Origin: Blastocladiella emersonii ATCC 22665
Lineage: Eukaryota; Fungi; Blastocladiomycota
DNA: 64,000 nucleotides
Assembly (NCBI GenBank): GCA_025594325.1
Contig: JANHCV010000011.1
Coordinates: 310,001 to 374,000 of the forward strand
Direction: 5' to 3'
Made by a program: the position numbers and the translations under genes. This document shows, piece by piece, positions 12,101 to 22,957 of the stretch (positions are counted from its first letter, which is position 1; each line of letters opens with the position of its first letter). A model generated the notes under the pieces. That model was not told the origin of the DNA and searched no databases. It saw nothing but the letters and a program-made list of their open reading frames with translations.

Positions 12101-12429
12101 CGTGTGAGACCATCTGGATCAAGGACCTGCTTGAGCAGATGACGCACACCACGCTCGGCACAATTGTCCTGCAGGAGGACAATGCGCCACTCATTGCCAC
12201 CACCGACAACACCGTTGCTGTGTACTGCTTGGTCAAGCACGTCACGGTCCGCATCACCTTCATCCGCAAGAAGGTCAACACGGGCGTGATCTCAATCAAC
12301 AAGGTCGCGTCCAAGAACAACCTCGCCGACTTCTTCACCAAGCCCATTGTGAGCACGTTCGACTGGGCCGTGTCCCGACTCGGCCTTCACCCGCACCCGC
12401 TCGCCAAGCGCAACATCACCAAGGCGTAG
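9124..12429 (+). mobile_element. Ty1/copia LTR retrotransposon pol (GAG-pre-integrase, integrase, RT, RNase H), inactivated
   Basis: Copia domain order IN-RT-RH. Motifs HLRFGH, QVDL..CDGGG..NGSVERLFRTL, FKARLVARG, MDVSNAY, LYGLK, YVND (from YVDD), FADANYAGD..WISKRQ..LST, ADFFTK. In-frame TAG at 11197-11199. Protease and 5' LTR not recognisable. Confidence 0.92.
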
Positions 12430-12450
12430 GCTCCCCCTTGTCTGGCAGTC

Positions 12451-12660
12451 GGGGGAGAGTTCAAGTACACACGCGCACGCTGGCCCAACCGCGAGAGACG
12501 CGTCGGGCAATCACGCGAGTGGCACGCGCCAGCGGCGCCACACTTCCAGTCACTGCCGGCGGACTGCCTCGCCGCGGGGTCGCACGCTCACCTCAAGCGA
12601 GCGTCTCCGCTCCCTCTGGTTTGGTTCTAGATCGCTGCTACTATTAGCCGTCGTTATACA
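12451..12660 (+). mobile_element. Polypurine tract (gggggag) and possible 3' LTR of the copia element
   Basis: gggggag at 12451-12457, 21 nt after the pol stop. The following ~200 bp end in CA at 12660 but begin AG rather than TG, and no 5' twin is visible. Confidence 0.35.
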
Positions 12661-12699
12661 CCCTTTCCTCCCTTCTGCGTCTACCTCCTTTGCTGTGTC

Positions 12700-13900
12700 C
12701 ATCACCGTCTCCGTCATCTCCTCAGCCTTCCGTGCATTGTGCTCAACCTTCCTCTCGCACCCTGCACCTGTACGCTTCAACTGCTTTGCGCGTCGCAGCT
12801 TTGCGCGTCTCAGCACAGCGCGTTCCCCTGCTGTGCGATGCGTGCGCTTCAACAAAGAATGGTGCGGTTGGTCGCTCGCGTTGAGTGGCGGCAGGGCACC
12901 GTCATGTGTCACCGGCGCGGCATCAGCAATCGCGCTGCAGCGAGGGCGCCAAGCAAGCTCCTGCATGGCGCTTGAGGCGATGGCCGTCATGGCAGGAGCG
13001 CGAGGCGTGGATCAATGAGTTCGTCTCAGTAAAGCTGTTTGAACCACGCAACGAGTGGTGCGTCCACGATGGCGGCCACGGTGCTTCATGTGTTTTGGGT
13101 TGAGAAGGCGCTCGGCGAGCGATCCGGTGACGCTGGTGTGGAGCCCGCCCCCAATCTAGCCCTTGTCGACCGCCGCAAGGGCGTTTACGATGCGGACGTC
13201 GTCCAGTGCCGCGGAGACAATTGCGCACAAAGAGTGTGCACTCAAACGCGTACGCTTGAGTGTCGGCGACCTTGCCGCCAATTTTTGGGCATTTGGCGCA
13301 GTTGGGGGACTCGTAGCGGTGCGGCCAGAGCTGGTGCAAACAGCTGCGGGTCGGCAGCTGGCCTGCAAGCGCACGGAGCTGGAAGCACGGGAGCGAGTTT
13401 GCGGTGAGGGACTCGCTTGGGTGGATGCGGCGCGTGCTGCCCTGAAGCGCAGCGACAAGGGCTGGGACATTGATGGGGGGGGGACGTGATGCCAGCGGAC
13501 GCGGTCAGAGCGAGCAGCGGGTCGTGTCGCGCGTCGTGCAGGCGGCGGAGAGAGCGTCGCGGGACTGAGTTGAAGTCGCAGCCGCGCCTGCGCGCCGTGA
13601 AGGGCGCATCGAGGTCCACGCGATGGTGGCGGCGGCGATTCACAGCGGGAGATGCGCGGCAGCCCTTGTTGGCGAGCGCGTCGGCCTCCTCATTCTCCAA
13701 GTTCACGGCGTGGCCACGGACCCACTCGATCTGGAGCTCGCGGGCCGCGATGATCCAGCGGAGCACGGCCCACTCGAGCAAGCACGTTGCGCGGACCCGC
13801 ACCCACGCGAACAGCGAGTTCCAGCGATCCGCTCACGAAGACGTCTGCGCCCGCTGCAACGTCTGGCAAACCCACGCCATGGAGCGACCCGTCCGTGTAA
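12700..13900 (-). mobile_element. 5'-truncated, frameshifted non-LTR (LINE-like) retrotransposon fragment: RNase H and C-terminal Cys motif
   Basis: YTDGS at 13885-13899; IEWVRGHAVNLENEEADALA (RNase H C-terminal motif); CAKC..DTQAYAFEC (CxxC..H..C-like with His lost); WRPRC near the end. Pieces lie in different frames and the RNase H middle appears missing. Confidence 0.7.
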
Positions 13901-14945
13901 CGGACCGCAACTCAAAGAGCGGATCTCTCGACCTCGTAGTCCTCACTCGAACTCACGTTCATGGGACCTCGCAAGTCGTTCTCGGTGCAACCGTTGAACT
14001 CGCGCCCACGTCAACGAGCCTGCGCTAGCGGCTCCCAGGTGAACCGCGTCGTTTAAGGATGTGCACCGAACACGGGCTCCGTTCTCCAACACGCACGCCA
14101 AGCACGGGCTCCGTTAGTGGCTTACTGCGCTTCTGCATCTCTCACGCATTCATGTGCTCGGAGTCTCGCGGGCCTGGTCGAGGGTCGGTGCAAAGCGTTA
14201 AACGTTCCGCGATGGCCGAGCGGAACAGCGTCAAGCGACGCGCTTCCGGGGGTTGGGCCGAGGCCGATCACGTGCAAGGCCAGGACGCGTTGCGCCACAG
14301 CAGTCACATGAGAAACGACGCGTCTGTCACGCGTTTTCGGGTCGCTCACGTGCATGGCGCTCACGTGAGCGTCGGCACCCTATCCGGCAGCGACCCGGTC
14401 TAGAAAGAGGGCTTTAGCCCTCGACTTCGTTTGAACTCAATCTTGATGGAAGGCATCATGGGAGAGGCAAGCGAGGCAAAGAAGCTTCATTGGTCACCAG
14501 TCAATTGCGCTAGTTGTAGACGAGGCAATGCCTTCGAGGCGCGTTGCGCCACACCGAATGACACGCGTTGCGCCACACTTGACCCTCACCCATCCGATGA
14601 CGAAACAACTTTGCCCACATCGGTCCTCTCGTTCGAAATCATTGAGTGTGAGCGCGGGATCACAAATGAATGCCTTTAAGCGGACGATTTGCCCTCCGAC
14701 GCGGGTTCGCCAGATCTGGCAACTGGCTTGAACACCAGCTCAATCGGATTGCTGGAGCCAGTGGTCCATGGACGGTGCTGAAATGCGCCGATTTTGCGCT
14801 GTCGATGCTCATTATGTTCAACCTCGACAAGAATGCACGTGGGGCCGCAAGCGTGCTACTTTGACGCAGATCCTTTCGCGGACTAACTTCGCCAGAAGTA
14901 GTGGCTGGCGCGTACGTTTGGCGCGATCAACGCCGGCAGCCATGG

Positions 14946-16011
14946 CGTGCAGCACCAGGCTTACGGCTGCTAAGCGCGTCCCTCATTTGTCTGATCTTTT
15001 TGTTCATAATATGCAAGAAATGGTTTTTACTTCATTCATCTTGAGTTCACTCTCCCTTTCGCACTGACTTGTGAAGACTCTGTCAGGTCCGTGTCGACCC
15101 ACAGCGCACTTGCTGCTCGAAATGTCAAAAGACCGCCTCGTCTCGGTAAAGCAAGAGTTTATTAATCAATTGCATGCAGTCATTCATTGTTGCTTCATGA
15201 GTGTCGAGCAGAGAGTGTCAAGCACGAGGAGCGGGAAGTGGAGCTACGCCACTGCGGCGGGACGAGAGGCCCGCCACCCTGTCGCGCAGTTGTCACGTTT
15301 TTTGAGCTCGAAGCCAAGCTGATCTCTCTCGCTTCCGCGTTGCCAGCGTCCCTCGCCCATCACTCATCACTCCGTTTGGATGTGCTCGACGCTTAAAACT
15401 AGCGTTATGACTCGGCCCAAGGCACCTGCAACGGACCCTCGCCCTTACACGCGCTTGATGGTCTTGCCTCTTACCTCGTACCTCACTTGTTGTGGGCACA
15501 TGTACGTCTCGACCTTGAGTCGCGCCGCTCCGCGCGACACCACCAGAAAGATCATTGATGACGACTTTCATTGCTTCCCGAACGGAGTGATGAGTGATGG
15601 GCGAGGGACGCTGGCAACGCGGAAGCGAGAGAGATCAGCTTGGCTTCGAGCTCAAAAAACGTGACAACTGCGCGACAGGGTGGCGGGCCTCTCGTCCCGC
15701 CGCAGTGGCGTAGCTCCACTTCCCGCTCCTCGTGCTTGACACTCTCTGCTCGACACTCATGAAGCAACAATGAATGACTGCATGCAATTGATTAATAAAC
15801 TCTTGCTTTACCGAGACGAGGCGGTCTTTTGACATTTCGAGCAGCAAGTGCGCTGTGGGTCGACACGGACCTGACAGAGTCTTCACAAGTCAGTGCGAAA
15901 GGGAGAGTGAACTCAAGATGAATGAAGTAAAAACCATTTCTTGCATATTATGAACAAAAAGATCAGACAAATGAGGGACGCGCTTAGCAGCCGTAGGCAT
16001 GGTGCTGCACG
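14946..16011. repeat. Long inverted repeat: arms 14946-15376 and 15581-16011 (431 bp), 204-bp spacer
   Basis: Direct comparison shows reverse-complement identity apart from 2 mismatches near the outer end. The ORF track shows the same 83-aa ORF on opposite strands (15071-15322 + and 15635-15886 -). Confidence 0.95.
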
Positions 16012-17939
16012 TACGCCGAAAGGTCGTACGCGGCGTGCGAATGCTGAGCAGCCGCCGCGGCCGCGTCGAAGCTTGCGTCGGGAGCACCGTGGAGGAAGCT
16101 GAACGAGTCGGTGGCGTAGTGTGCGCCCTGGCTGCCGGCGTGGATCGCGCCAAACGCGTCGCCGTGTCCCGCAGCGAATGCATCGCCGCCAGCAGTACCA
16201 TGGCCAGCGAAACCGCTGCCGATGGAACCGTGGCCGTCGAAACCGCCGTTGCCGCCGAAATGGCCCTGACCGGCCGCAGAACCATGACCAGCGAAGCCGC
16301 CATTGACCTGGCCCCCCGCGGAACCGTGACCACCAAACCCACCACCGAGGCCACCCCCGCCGATGATCTGGCCGTGCGCGTCGACGTTTCCGTGCGCCCC
16401 GCCGCCGATGGAACCCTGGCCGCCAATGGAACCCTGGCCGCCGATCGAACCCTGGCCGCCGGCGTGCAGGCCGCCGTTCGCCGAGCCCGCGCCCGCGCCA
16501 AAACCGCCTCCGCCGATGATCTGGCCGTGCGCGTCGACATTCCCGTGCGCGCCGCCGCCAATGGAGCCCTGGCCGCCCGAGTGCGCGCCCGCGCCCGCTC
16601 CGAAGCCGCCGCCCAGGCCGCCGGTGGCCGATCCCGAGCCATGCGCGCCCGCGCCCGCCCCGAAACCGCCTCCGCCGATGATCTGGCCGTGCGCGTCGAC
16701 GTTTCCGTGCGCGCCGCCGCCGATAGTGCCCTGGCCGCCCGCGTGAAGGCCGCCATTCGCTGATCCAGCGCCGTGCGCGCCCGCGCCCGCTCCGAAGCCG
16801 CCGCCCAGGCCGCCGGTGGCCGATCCCGAGCCATGCGCGCCCGCGCCCGCCCCGAAACCGCCTCCGCCGATGATCTGGCCGTGCGCGTCGACATTTCCGT
16901 GCGCGCCGCCGCCGATAGTGCCCTGGCCGCCCGCGTGAAGGCCGCCATTCGCTGATCCAGCGCCGTGCGCGCCCGCGCCCGCTCCGAAGCCGCCGCCCAG
17001 GCCGCCGGTGGCCGATCCCGAGCCATGCGCGCCCGCGCCCGCCCCGAAACCGCCTCCGCCGATGATCTGGCCGTGCGCGTCGACATTTCCGTGCGCGCCG
17101 CCGCCGATAGTGCCCTGGCCGCCCGCGTGAAGGCCGCCATTCGCTGATCCAGCGCCGTGCGCGCCCGCGCCCATTCCGAAGCCGCCGCCCAGGCCCCCGG
17201 TGGCCGATCCGGAGCCGTGCGCGCCCGCGCCCGCCCCGAAACCGCCTCCGCCAATGATCTGGCCGTGCGCGTCGATGTTGCCGTGCGCGCCGCCGCCAAT
17301 AGAGCCCTGGCCGCCCGCGTGCGCGCCCGCGCCCGTCCCGAAGCCGCCGCCCAGGCCGCCGGTGGCCGATCCCGAGCCGTGCGCACCCGCGCCCGCCCCG
17401 AAACCGCCACCAATGGACCCGTGAGCATCGATATCGCCGCGGCCGCCGGCCCCGAAGCCGCCATTCGCCGACCCAGAGCCGTGAAGGCCGCCATTCGCGG
17501 ACCCGCCCGCGTGCAGGCCTCCGTTGGCCATGCCCGAGCCATGTCCAGCGAATCCACCGCCGACCTGGCCCCCAGAGTGAGCTCCGCCGCCGATGAACCC
17601 GCCCGCGTTGCCGCCGCCAATGAGCTGACCTCCGGCGTCAATGTTTCCGTGAGCCGACGCGTTTCCACCGGCCCCAGCCGACGCCCCGCCGCCCACGTGT
17701 CCCGAGCCACCGGCCGAGACGTTTCCATGAGCCGAACCACCGGCCGAGACGTTTCCGTGAGCCGAACCGCCGCCCGAGATGTTGCCCGAGGCGTTCCCGC
17801 TCGCCGAACCACCGCCGTGGACCGCGCCACCGTTGTGGATCGCGCCGCCGCCGTTCTGGGCCGCGCCGCCGTTGTAGACATGGCCGCCCATCATGTTGCC
17901 GAGGAGGGCCTTCTTCATCTGGAGGAGACCAAGCGTCAT
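15984..17939 (-). CDS. Gly/Ala/His-rich low-complexity repeat protein, 651 aa, intronless, with 64-aa internal repeats
   Basis: Long ORF with typical codon usage; ATG preceded by catcaac; TATAAA on the minus strand at 18161-18166; 192-bp tandem units. Confidence 0.8.
   Translation of the reverse strand: MTLGLLQMKKALLGNMMGGHVYNGGAAQNGGGAIHNGGAVHGGGSASGNASGNISGGGSAHGNVSAGGSAHGNVSAGGSGHVGGGASAGAGGNASAHGNIDAGGQLIGGGNAGGFIGGGAHSGGQVGGGFAGHGSGMANGGLHAGGSANGGLHGSGSANGGFGAGGRGDIDAHGSIGGGFGAGAGAHGSGSATGGLGGGFGTGAGAHAGGQGSIGGGAHGNIDAHGQIIGGGGFGAGAGAHGSGSATGGLGGGFGMGAGAHGAGSANGGLHAGGQGTIGGGAHGNVDAHGQIIGGGGFGAGAGAHGSGSATGGLGGGFGAGAGAHGAGSANGGLHAGGQGTIGGGAHGNVDAHGQIIGGGGFGAGAGAHGSGSATGGLGGGFGAGAGAHGAGSANGGLHAGGQGTIGGGAHGNVDAHGQIIGGGGFGAGAGAHGSGSATGGLGGGFGAGAGAHSGGQGSIGGGAHGNVDAHGQIIGGGGFGAGAGSANGGLHAGGQGSIGGQGSIGGQGSIGGGAHGNVDAHGQIIGGGGLGGGFGGHGSAGGQVNGGFAGHGSAAGQGHFGGNGGFDGHGSIGSGFAGHGTAGGDAFAAGHGDAFGAIHAGSQGAHYATDSFSFLHGAPDASFDAAAAAAQHSHAAYDLSAYVQHHAYGC
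16719..17294 (-). repeat. 3 x 192-bp coding tandem repeat (64 aa) inside the Gly-rich gene, with degenerate flanking copies
   Basis: Units start at ~16719, 16911 and 17103. Identical shadow ORFs at 16773-16955 and 16965-17147 confirm the 192-bp period. Confidence 0.9.
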
Positions 17940-18160
17940 GTTGATGCTGTTGGGAGTTGAATAGAGTTGGTGGTGAAGTGTCGCGACGCCGTGGAGAACA
18001 GCGAGCGCGAGGTGTAGAGCGAAGGGCTAGAGTGGATTACTTGCGCCAGGCAAGGAGAAATGCTGTACAGTGGTTGGGGAGGGAGGGAATCTCAGCGGGT
18101 CTACCGATGAGGTTGTCTGGGATGTTTGGTGTCGACAAAGTGAGGGCGGGGCTCAGGCTC

Positions 18161-18166
18161 TTTATA
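18161..18166 (-). promoter_or_regulatory. Candidate TATA box of the Gly-rich gene
   Basis: TATAAA ~220 nt upstream of the ATG in a GC-rich background. Confidence 0.4.
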
Positions 18167-19834
18167 CTAGGGGAGTTGGCGCTGCGAGTTGTGAACTGGA
18201 GGTGCACAAGAAAATTCCGTTGAGGAGCAGCAGGGAGCGCTGATTAATTTCGAGTGGCTCAGCAAGCCCGCAGCGGCCGCTGCGGTTGCCGAGATGAACG
18301 AGCGAGATGACTTTATAACCGCGCGACGGCGCACTTTCGCAACGGCGGGGCTGGTGCTGTTGGCTGGCAGTCATCCGTTGAGGCTCGCTCGCAATAGCAA
18401 TTCCGATGACAAGGATGCGCGCAACGGCCACGTGTAATGACGAGCGCTTTTGATTTGCTCGATTCGGGCGACGGAGACCTTGTGCATGAGTACTCGAGCG
18501 CAACGCGTGCTCAAAACGCGTGAAAGCGTCGCGACTCAAGCCCAGAGGACGTGGTCGCGAGCTGGAACAGGCTTGGAGCGGCTTTCGACTTCCGACTTGC
18601 GTCGAAAACTTCGGCGTTGCACCGACCTCGTTGTGAAAGACTTGAGCTTCAAAGTGATGCGAAGGCTGAGTTCCACAAGAACACGATTTAAAATGTATTT
18701 AAAATTTGTCTCTAGTCCTTCCACGCAGTTGGGAAAGCAGGCATCGAGACAGAGGTCGCCATGGCGGACCTGGGCGGGCGCGGAGGAGCGTCGGCCGCGC
18801 CCATGCCGCTGGGCGACGCGAGCGAGTTCGCAAAGTCGCTTGGCGCGCTCAGGGCGGGGAGCTGCTGTCCAGTTGTTGAAAGCCGGAAATTGGCGAGCAG
18901 CAGACTCTGGCCATCCACGGCGTGAGAGCGAGCGGAAGCAGGCTGTCCATGGCCGGGACGAGCTGTTTACGTGAGGGCTGAGTGTGTCGTGTGGAAGCAT
19001 AGGATCTAGCCGTCCTGGTACGGCGAACGCGTGAGGCGCGAGATCCCGACACGGACGTGATCCGCGTTTTGATCGCGCAACAATCCGTGGCCGCGAGCAA
19101 GTGGCAGGAGCAGGACAGAGTTCGATAACCGCGCTCAGTTCTTCCCTCCTGGTTTCCAATCTGACCCATGTGCTGTTCCGACACGACTGAGGCCCAGGGG
19201 GAGAGCGTGATGCAAAAGTGTTCGCAGGAAGCCCAGCCTGATCGACGTCGCGCCCAACTTCCTTGATCGCTGCAGGTCAGCTAGCACACTCGGGCGAACA
19301 TGTCCGACGAAGCCTTGTCCAGGCGCCGCGAGCGAGGAGCGCTCGCGCCTCGTCCGCCAACAACTCTGCCACTCGGACGTGTACGGCCGGTGGTAAGGGA
19401 ACGCTCAGTAACAACAGTCTCACCTTATCGTGTGTTCGACGTGAGTGCACGGCCGAGGAATCAGGCCCTCTCGAGGCGGCAGCTCGTAGTGCGTTTCGCG
19501 CGACTTGGCCGGCTGGGCGACGACGACAAGCTCCATCTACGTGCTAGATCTCTCGCAGTACGCGTCAATCGGTATCCCGGACACACAACAACGAGCGGAA
19601 GCTCCGGGCGAGGACCGGCCGTCGCGCTCGAGCGACGCGTCGCGCACCGCGCCACTCAGGTGATGGGCGCTGTGCACGTGCGCCGTGTTTTGCTTTGCCG
19701 CTCCGCTCTGCTCCGCTCGCCCTGCCGCCGCGGCCGCGCGCCCTTGACAAAAACGATCTCGCCTCTCACCCGCTGCTACGGATCAAGGGTCCGCTCTCCA
19801 GTCACTGCAACGCATCAACCCCCCACGCACCACC

Positions 19835-21328
19835 ATGTCCGCGGCCTTTGCCTCTGCGCGCGACAAGCTGCGCAACATCAAGCCGCCGTCGCGCGGCGTG
19901 GTGATCTTCACGACGGTGGTCGGGACCTTCTTCGGGCTCGTGTACCGCGACCGGCGCCTGACCGAGCAGGTGCACGAGGAGCTGCGCTTGCGCGCGGCCG
20001 AGCTGGCGAACCAGCCGCTGGCGTCGACGGACCGCGTGCGCAAGGTCGCCGTGTACCTGATGCGGCCGCACCCGGACGACTCGATCCGCACGTCGCGCCA
20101 GATCTTTGCAAAGTACATCAAGCCCGTGTTCGACGCGGCCGCGCTCGACTACGACCTGGTCGAGGCGTTCGAGCCGGGCGCCGTCGCCCGCCACACGCAG
20201 CAGACGCTGGCCAAGAAGCAGCGGTACGTGCGGTGGACCGACGAGGACCGCATGCGCGCGCTCGTCCTGAGTACTGCCCAGGACGACCTCCAGTACTTTT
20301 ACCGCATGCAGGACTACGACGCGTACGTCGCCCTCGGACGCAAGCCGTTCGAGGAGGTGCTCGTCGGGTACCAGGCCGGCCTGCAGCAGGCGCGCGACGA
20401 GGCCGTCGAGGACGGCGTTGTCGCTGCGGCCACCGCGCAGGCGACCGCGGGCCGGTCCACGAGCTGGCTCCGCTCGTTGTTCGGCGGTTCCTCCTCCTCG
20501 CCCGCCCCCGCCGAGTCCTCGTCGACCGCCGCCGAGCACCCGATCGACACCATCTCGGGTTACCCGCTATCGCTGCCTGCCGTAGCGTACCTGCCGCTGT
20601 TCACGCTCAAGGGCCTCGCCAACTTCCCGAAGAAGATGTACCGGTGGTTCAACAAGCACGAGCAGGCGCGTTTGCTGGGGACCATGGCGCTGCAGATCGC
20701 CGAGGCCGCGGGCACGCGCCCGCTGTCGCCCGTCGACTTCGAGCTCGGCGTCACCGAGTTCGGCATGCAGCTCGCGGCCAAGGCCGCAGGTAAGCCTGTG
20801 GGCCACGCCGACGACTCGGAGCCGACGCTCGTCCAGGCGTACGCCGACTTCTGGCCCGCGCCGGTCCCCGCCCACGTCAAGGTCGCCGAGGCCGTCCAGA
20901 AGCTCAGCGCCAAGTACGAGGCCGAGCAGAAGGCCGCTGTCGACGCGGTCTCGGCCCAGTCGATCCTGTCGTCCGCCGGCACCCAGCAGCTGCAGGCGCC
21001 GCACCTCGCCACGGCTCCCGCGGCTCCTGCCGCTGAGGGCGCGGCCGAGGCCGGCGTCGAGTCGGGCTTCGCGCCCGAGCCCGCGACGCCCGAGGAGCCC
21101 GTGTTCGAGGACCCGTACGCCAAGAACGACGAGGCCAAGGCGGCGGCGGCCGCGAAGGAGGACAAGGCCAAGGCGGCCGAGGACCGCGAGACGGAGCGCG
21201 AGCGCAAGGAGAAGACCAAGAGCGAGCTGCTCAAGCGGTACTTTGTGCCCAAGGCCGTGGACGCGCGCGAGCTGGTCGAGGTGCGCGCGCCCATCTACGA
21301 TTTCGGCGACAAGTCGCTGGTCGTCTGA
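19835..21328 (+). CDS. TIM54: Mitochondrial import inner-membrane translocase subunit Tim54
   Basis: KPPSRGVVIF..VYRDRR, LANQPL..RKVAVYL..PDDSIR..FAKYIKPVFDAAALDYDLV, and LANFPKKMYRWFNK match Tim54 motifs. Intronless, 497 aa. Confidence 0.85.
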   Translation: MSAAFASARDKLRNIKPPSRGVVIFTTVVGTFFGLVYRDRRLTEQVHEELRLRAAELANQPLASTDRVRKVAVYLMRPHPDDSIRTSRQIFAKYIKPVFDAAALDYDLVEAFEPGAVARHTQQTLAKKQRYVRWTDEDRMRALVLSTAQDDLQYFYRMQDYDAYVALGRKPFEEVLVGYQAGLQQARDEAVEDGVVAAATAQATAGRSTSWLRSLFGGSSSSPAPAESSSTAAEHPIDTISGYPLSLPAVAYLPLFTLKGLANFPKKMYRWFNKHEQARLLGTMALQIAEAAGTRPLSPVDFELGVTEFGMQLAAKAAGKPVGHADDSEPTLVQAYADFWPAPVPAHVKVAEAVQKLSAKYEAEQKAAVDAVSAQSILSSAGTQQLQAPHLATAPAAPAAEGAAEAGVESGFAPEPATPEEPVFEDPYAKNDEAKAAAAAKEDKAKAAEDRETERERKEKTKSELLKRYFVPKAVDARELVEVRAPIYDFGDKSLVV

Positions 21329-21456
21329 GGCGGAGCGCGAGGTTAGGTGAGTCGTAGTAGTAGTATCCAATAGATCCCTATCTAGTTCTCAATCAAACCG
21401 AGCGCGAGTGAACGAGCATGTGTGTGTATAACCTGACGAGTGCACGAGCGAACCGA

Positions 21457-22957
21457 CTACCAGCCAAAGATACTCCCCGCGATCCGCCCAAACCAGCCCG
21501 TCGACCCGCTCCCACCATCGCCGGCGGCCGCGGCGCCGTGGACCGTGATCTTGGCGGCGCCCGAGTCGGCGTACATGTCCATTTCGTCGTCGAGGTAGCC
21601 CGGCGCGTGGTCGACGACCGCCTTGCCGTCCGCGTCGTACCGGATCCCGTACGGGTCGTCATCGTCGCTTTCATCATCATCATCCTCGTCGCTGTCCTCC
21701 TCCTCGTCGTCATCGTCCGACCCCGAATCCGACCGCCCGCTCCCCGCCGCGTCCCCGCCGTCGGCCGGCGCGATGAACGCCCGCGCGACGTCGTCGGGGG
21801 TGCGGACGACCGACAGCAGCACCTCCTCGCCAGCCTGCCCACGAGCGACCTGGCGCAGGGCGAGCGCCGCGTCGGGCCACACGTCGGCGATCTGGCCGAG
21901 CGCCGCGACCATGGCGGGGGCGGCGCGCACCACGTGCTGCATCAGGTCGTCGAGGACGAGCGTGGGCAGGACGCGGAACGCGATGCGGCCGCGGTGCACG
22001 TCAATCGTGAAGCTGATGACGCCCGGGGTGTGGGTCAGCGCGCGGTGGATCGCGTCGGCGATGGGCTGCGGGACCGGGCGCGCCGACGGGTGCGAAATGT
22101 GTAGGACGAGCGACCGCGCGCGTTTCGTGTTCACGGCGAAGATGGAGCGCGCGGCCGAGGGAGCGACACTGGATGCGCGCTACATGGTTGAGGTGTGAGA
22201 TGGCGGTCGTCAGAGCGGGGATGGGGAAGCCGTACCGAGGGCGCAGCGGAACCAGGACTCCGCGCGAGCGAGCTGGGCCGGCGCATGCCCCACACGCCGC
22301 TGTCGTTGAGCGGCTTGGCGCCGACGAGCTTGGCGGGCGGGCGGCACGGGGACGCGGTACGGCAGGGCGACGCGGTGCGGCAGCCGGTGGCCGACGTGGG
22401 CGAGGTGCACGTCGGCGACGTGCTCGAGCAGTGCGCGTGCGTGTCGTGGTGCGCGGCCGTCGACGCGGGGCCCGTGGGACGCTAACCGGGCGCGACGACG
22501 GTCAGCATCAAGTCATCTCAAAGATACGTCGAAGAAGTAGTACCTTGGACAGCGCAATCGCAAGCTGCCGCGCGCGTTCCTCGGGACTCTCGTTGATGAC
22601 GGAGCTGAGCGCGGCCTTGAGGCCAAACTCGCCGCGGATGGCACGGAAGTGGTCGGGGCACTGCGAGATGATGTCGAGGGTCTGCAGCGTGGTCCACACG
22701 ACCTGGTCTTCGGTGCTGGCCAGCATCAGGATCAGCGTGGTGCGCAGGCCCGGGTCCGACACGAGCGTGGCGCGCGCGGCGAGGCTCGTCGTCGCCAGGG
22801 TGTAGAGGTGCTGCGCGATGCTGAGCTCCGACTTGCTCGAGGTCGGCGAGGTGGCGCGCGGGAAGGCGGCCGGCGGTACTGCCGCATCGGCGGGTGGAGC
22901 CGGCGGCGACGAGGCCGCGGCGACGGCGGGGCGTGTCTTGGTCGGCGAGGATTGCAT
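21457..22957 (-). CDS. ARMC1: ARMC1-like protein (armadillo repeat + HMA-like domain), 3 exons
   Basis: Introns 22482-22543 and ~22180-22235 restore frame. LVSDPGL..LILML..VV..TLQTL..I..IRGEFGL, FAVNTKRARSLVLHI, ALTHTPGVISFT and the C-terminal GWF..SIFGW resemble animal ARMC1. Confidence 0.7.

Noticed and set aside
15071-15886. Identical 83-aa ORFs on opposite strands
   Set aside because: By-product of the inverted repeat in AT-richer, UTR-like sequence; no coding bias.
15984-17939. Collagen-like or Gly-X-X antifreeze protein
   Set aside because: No sustained Gly-X-Y register and almost no Pro.
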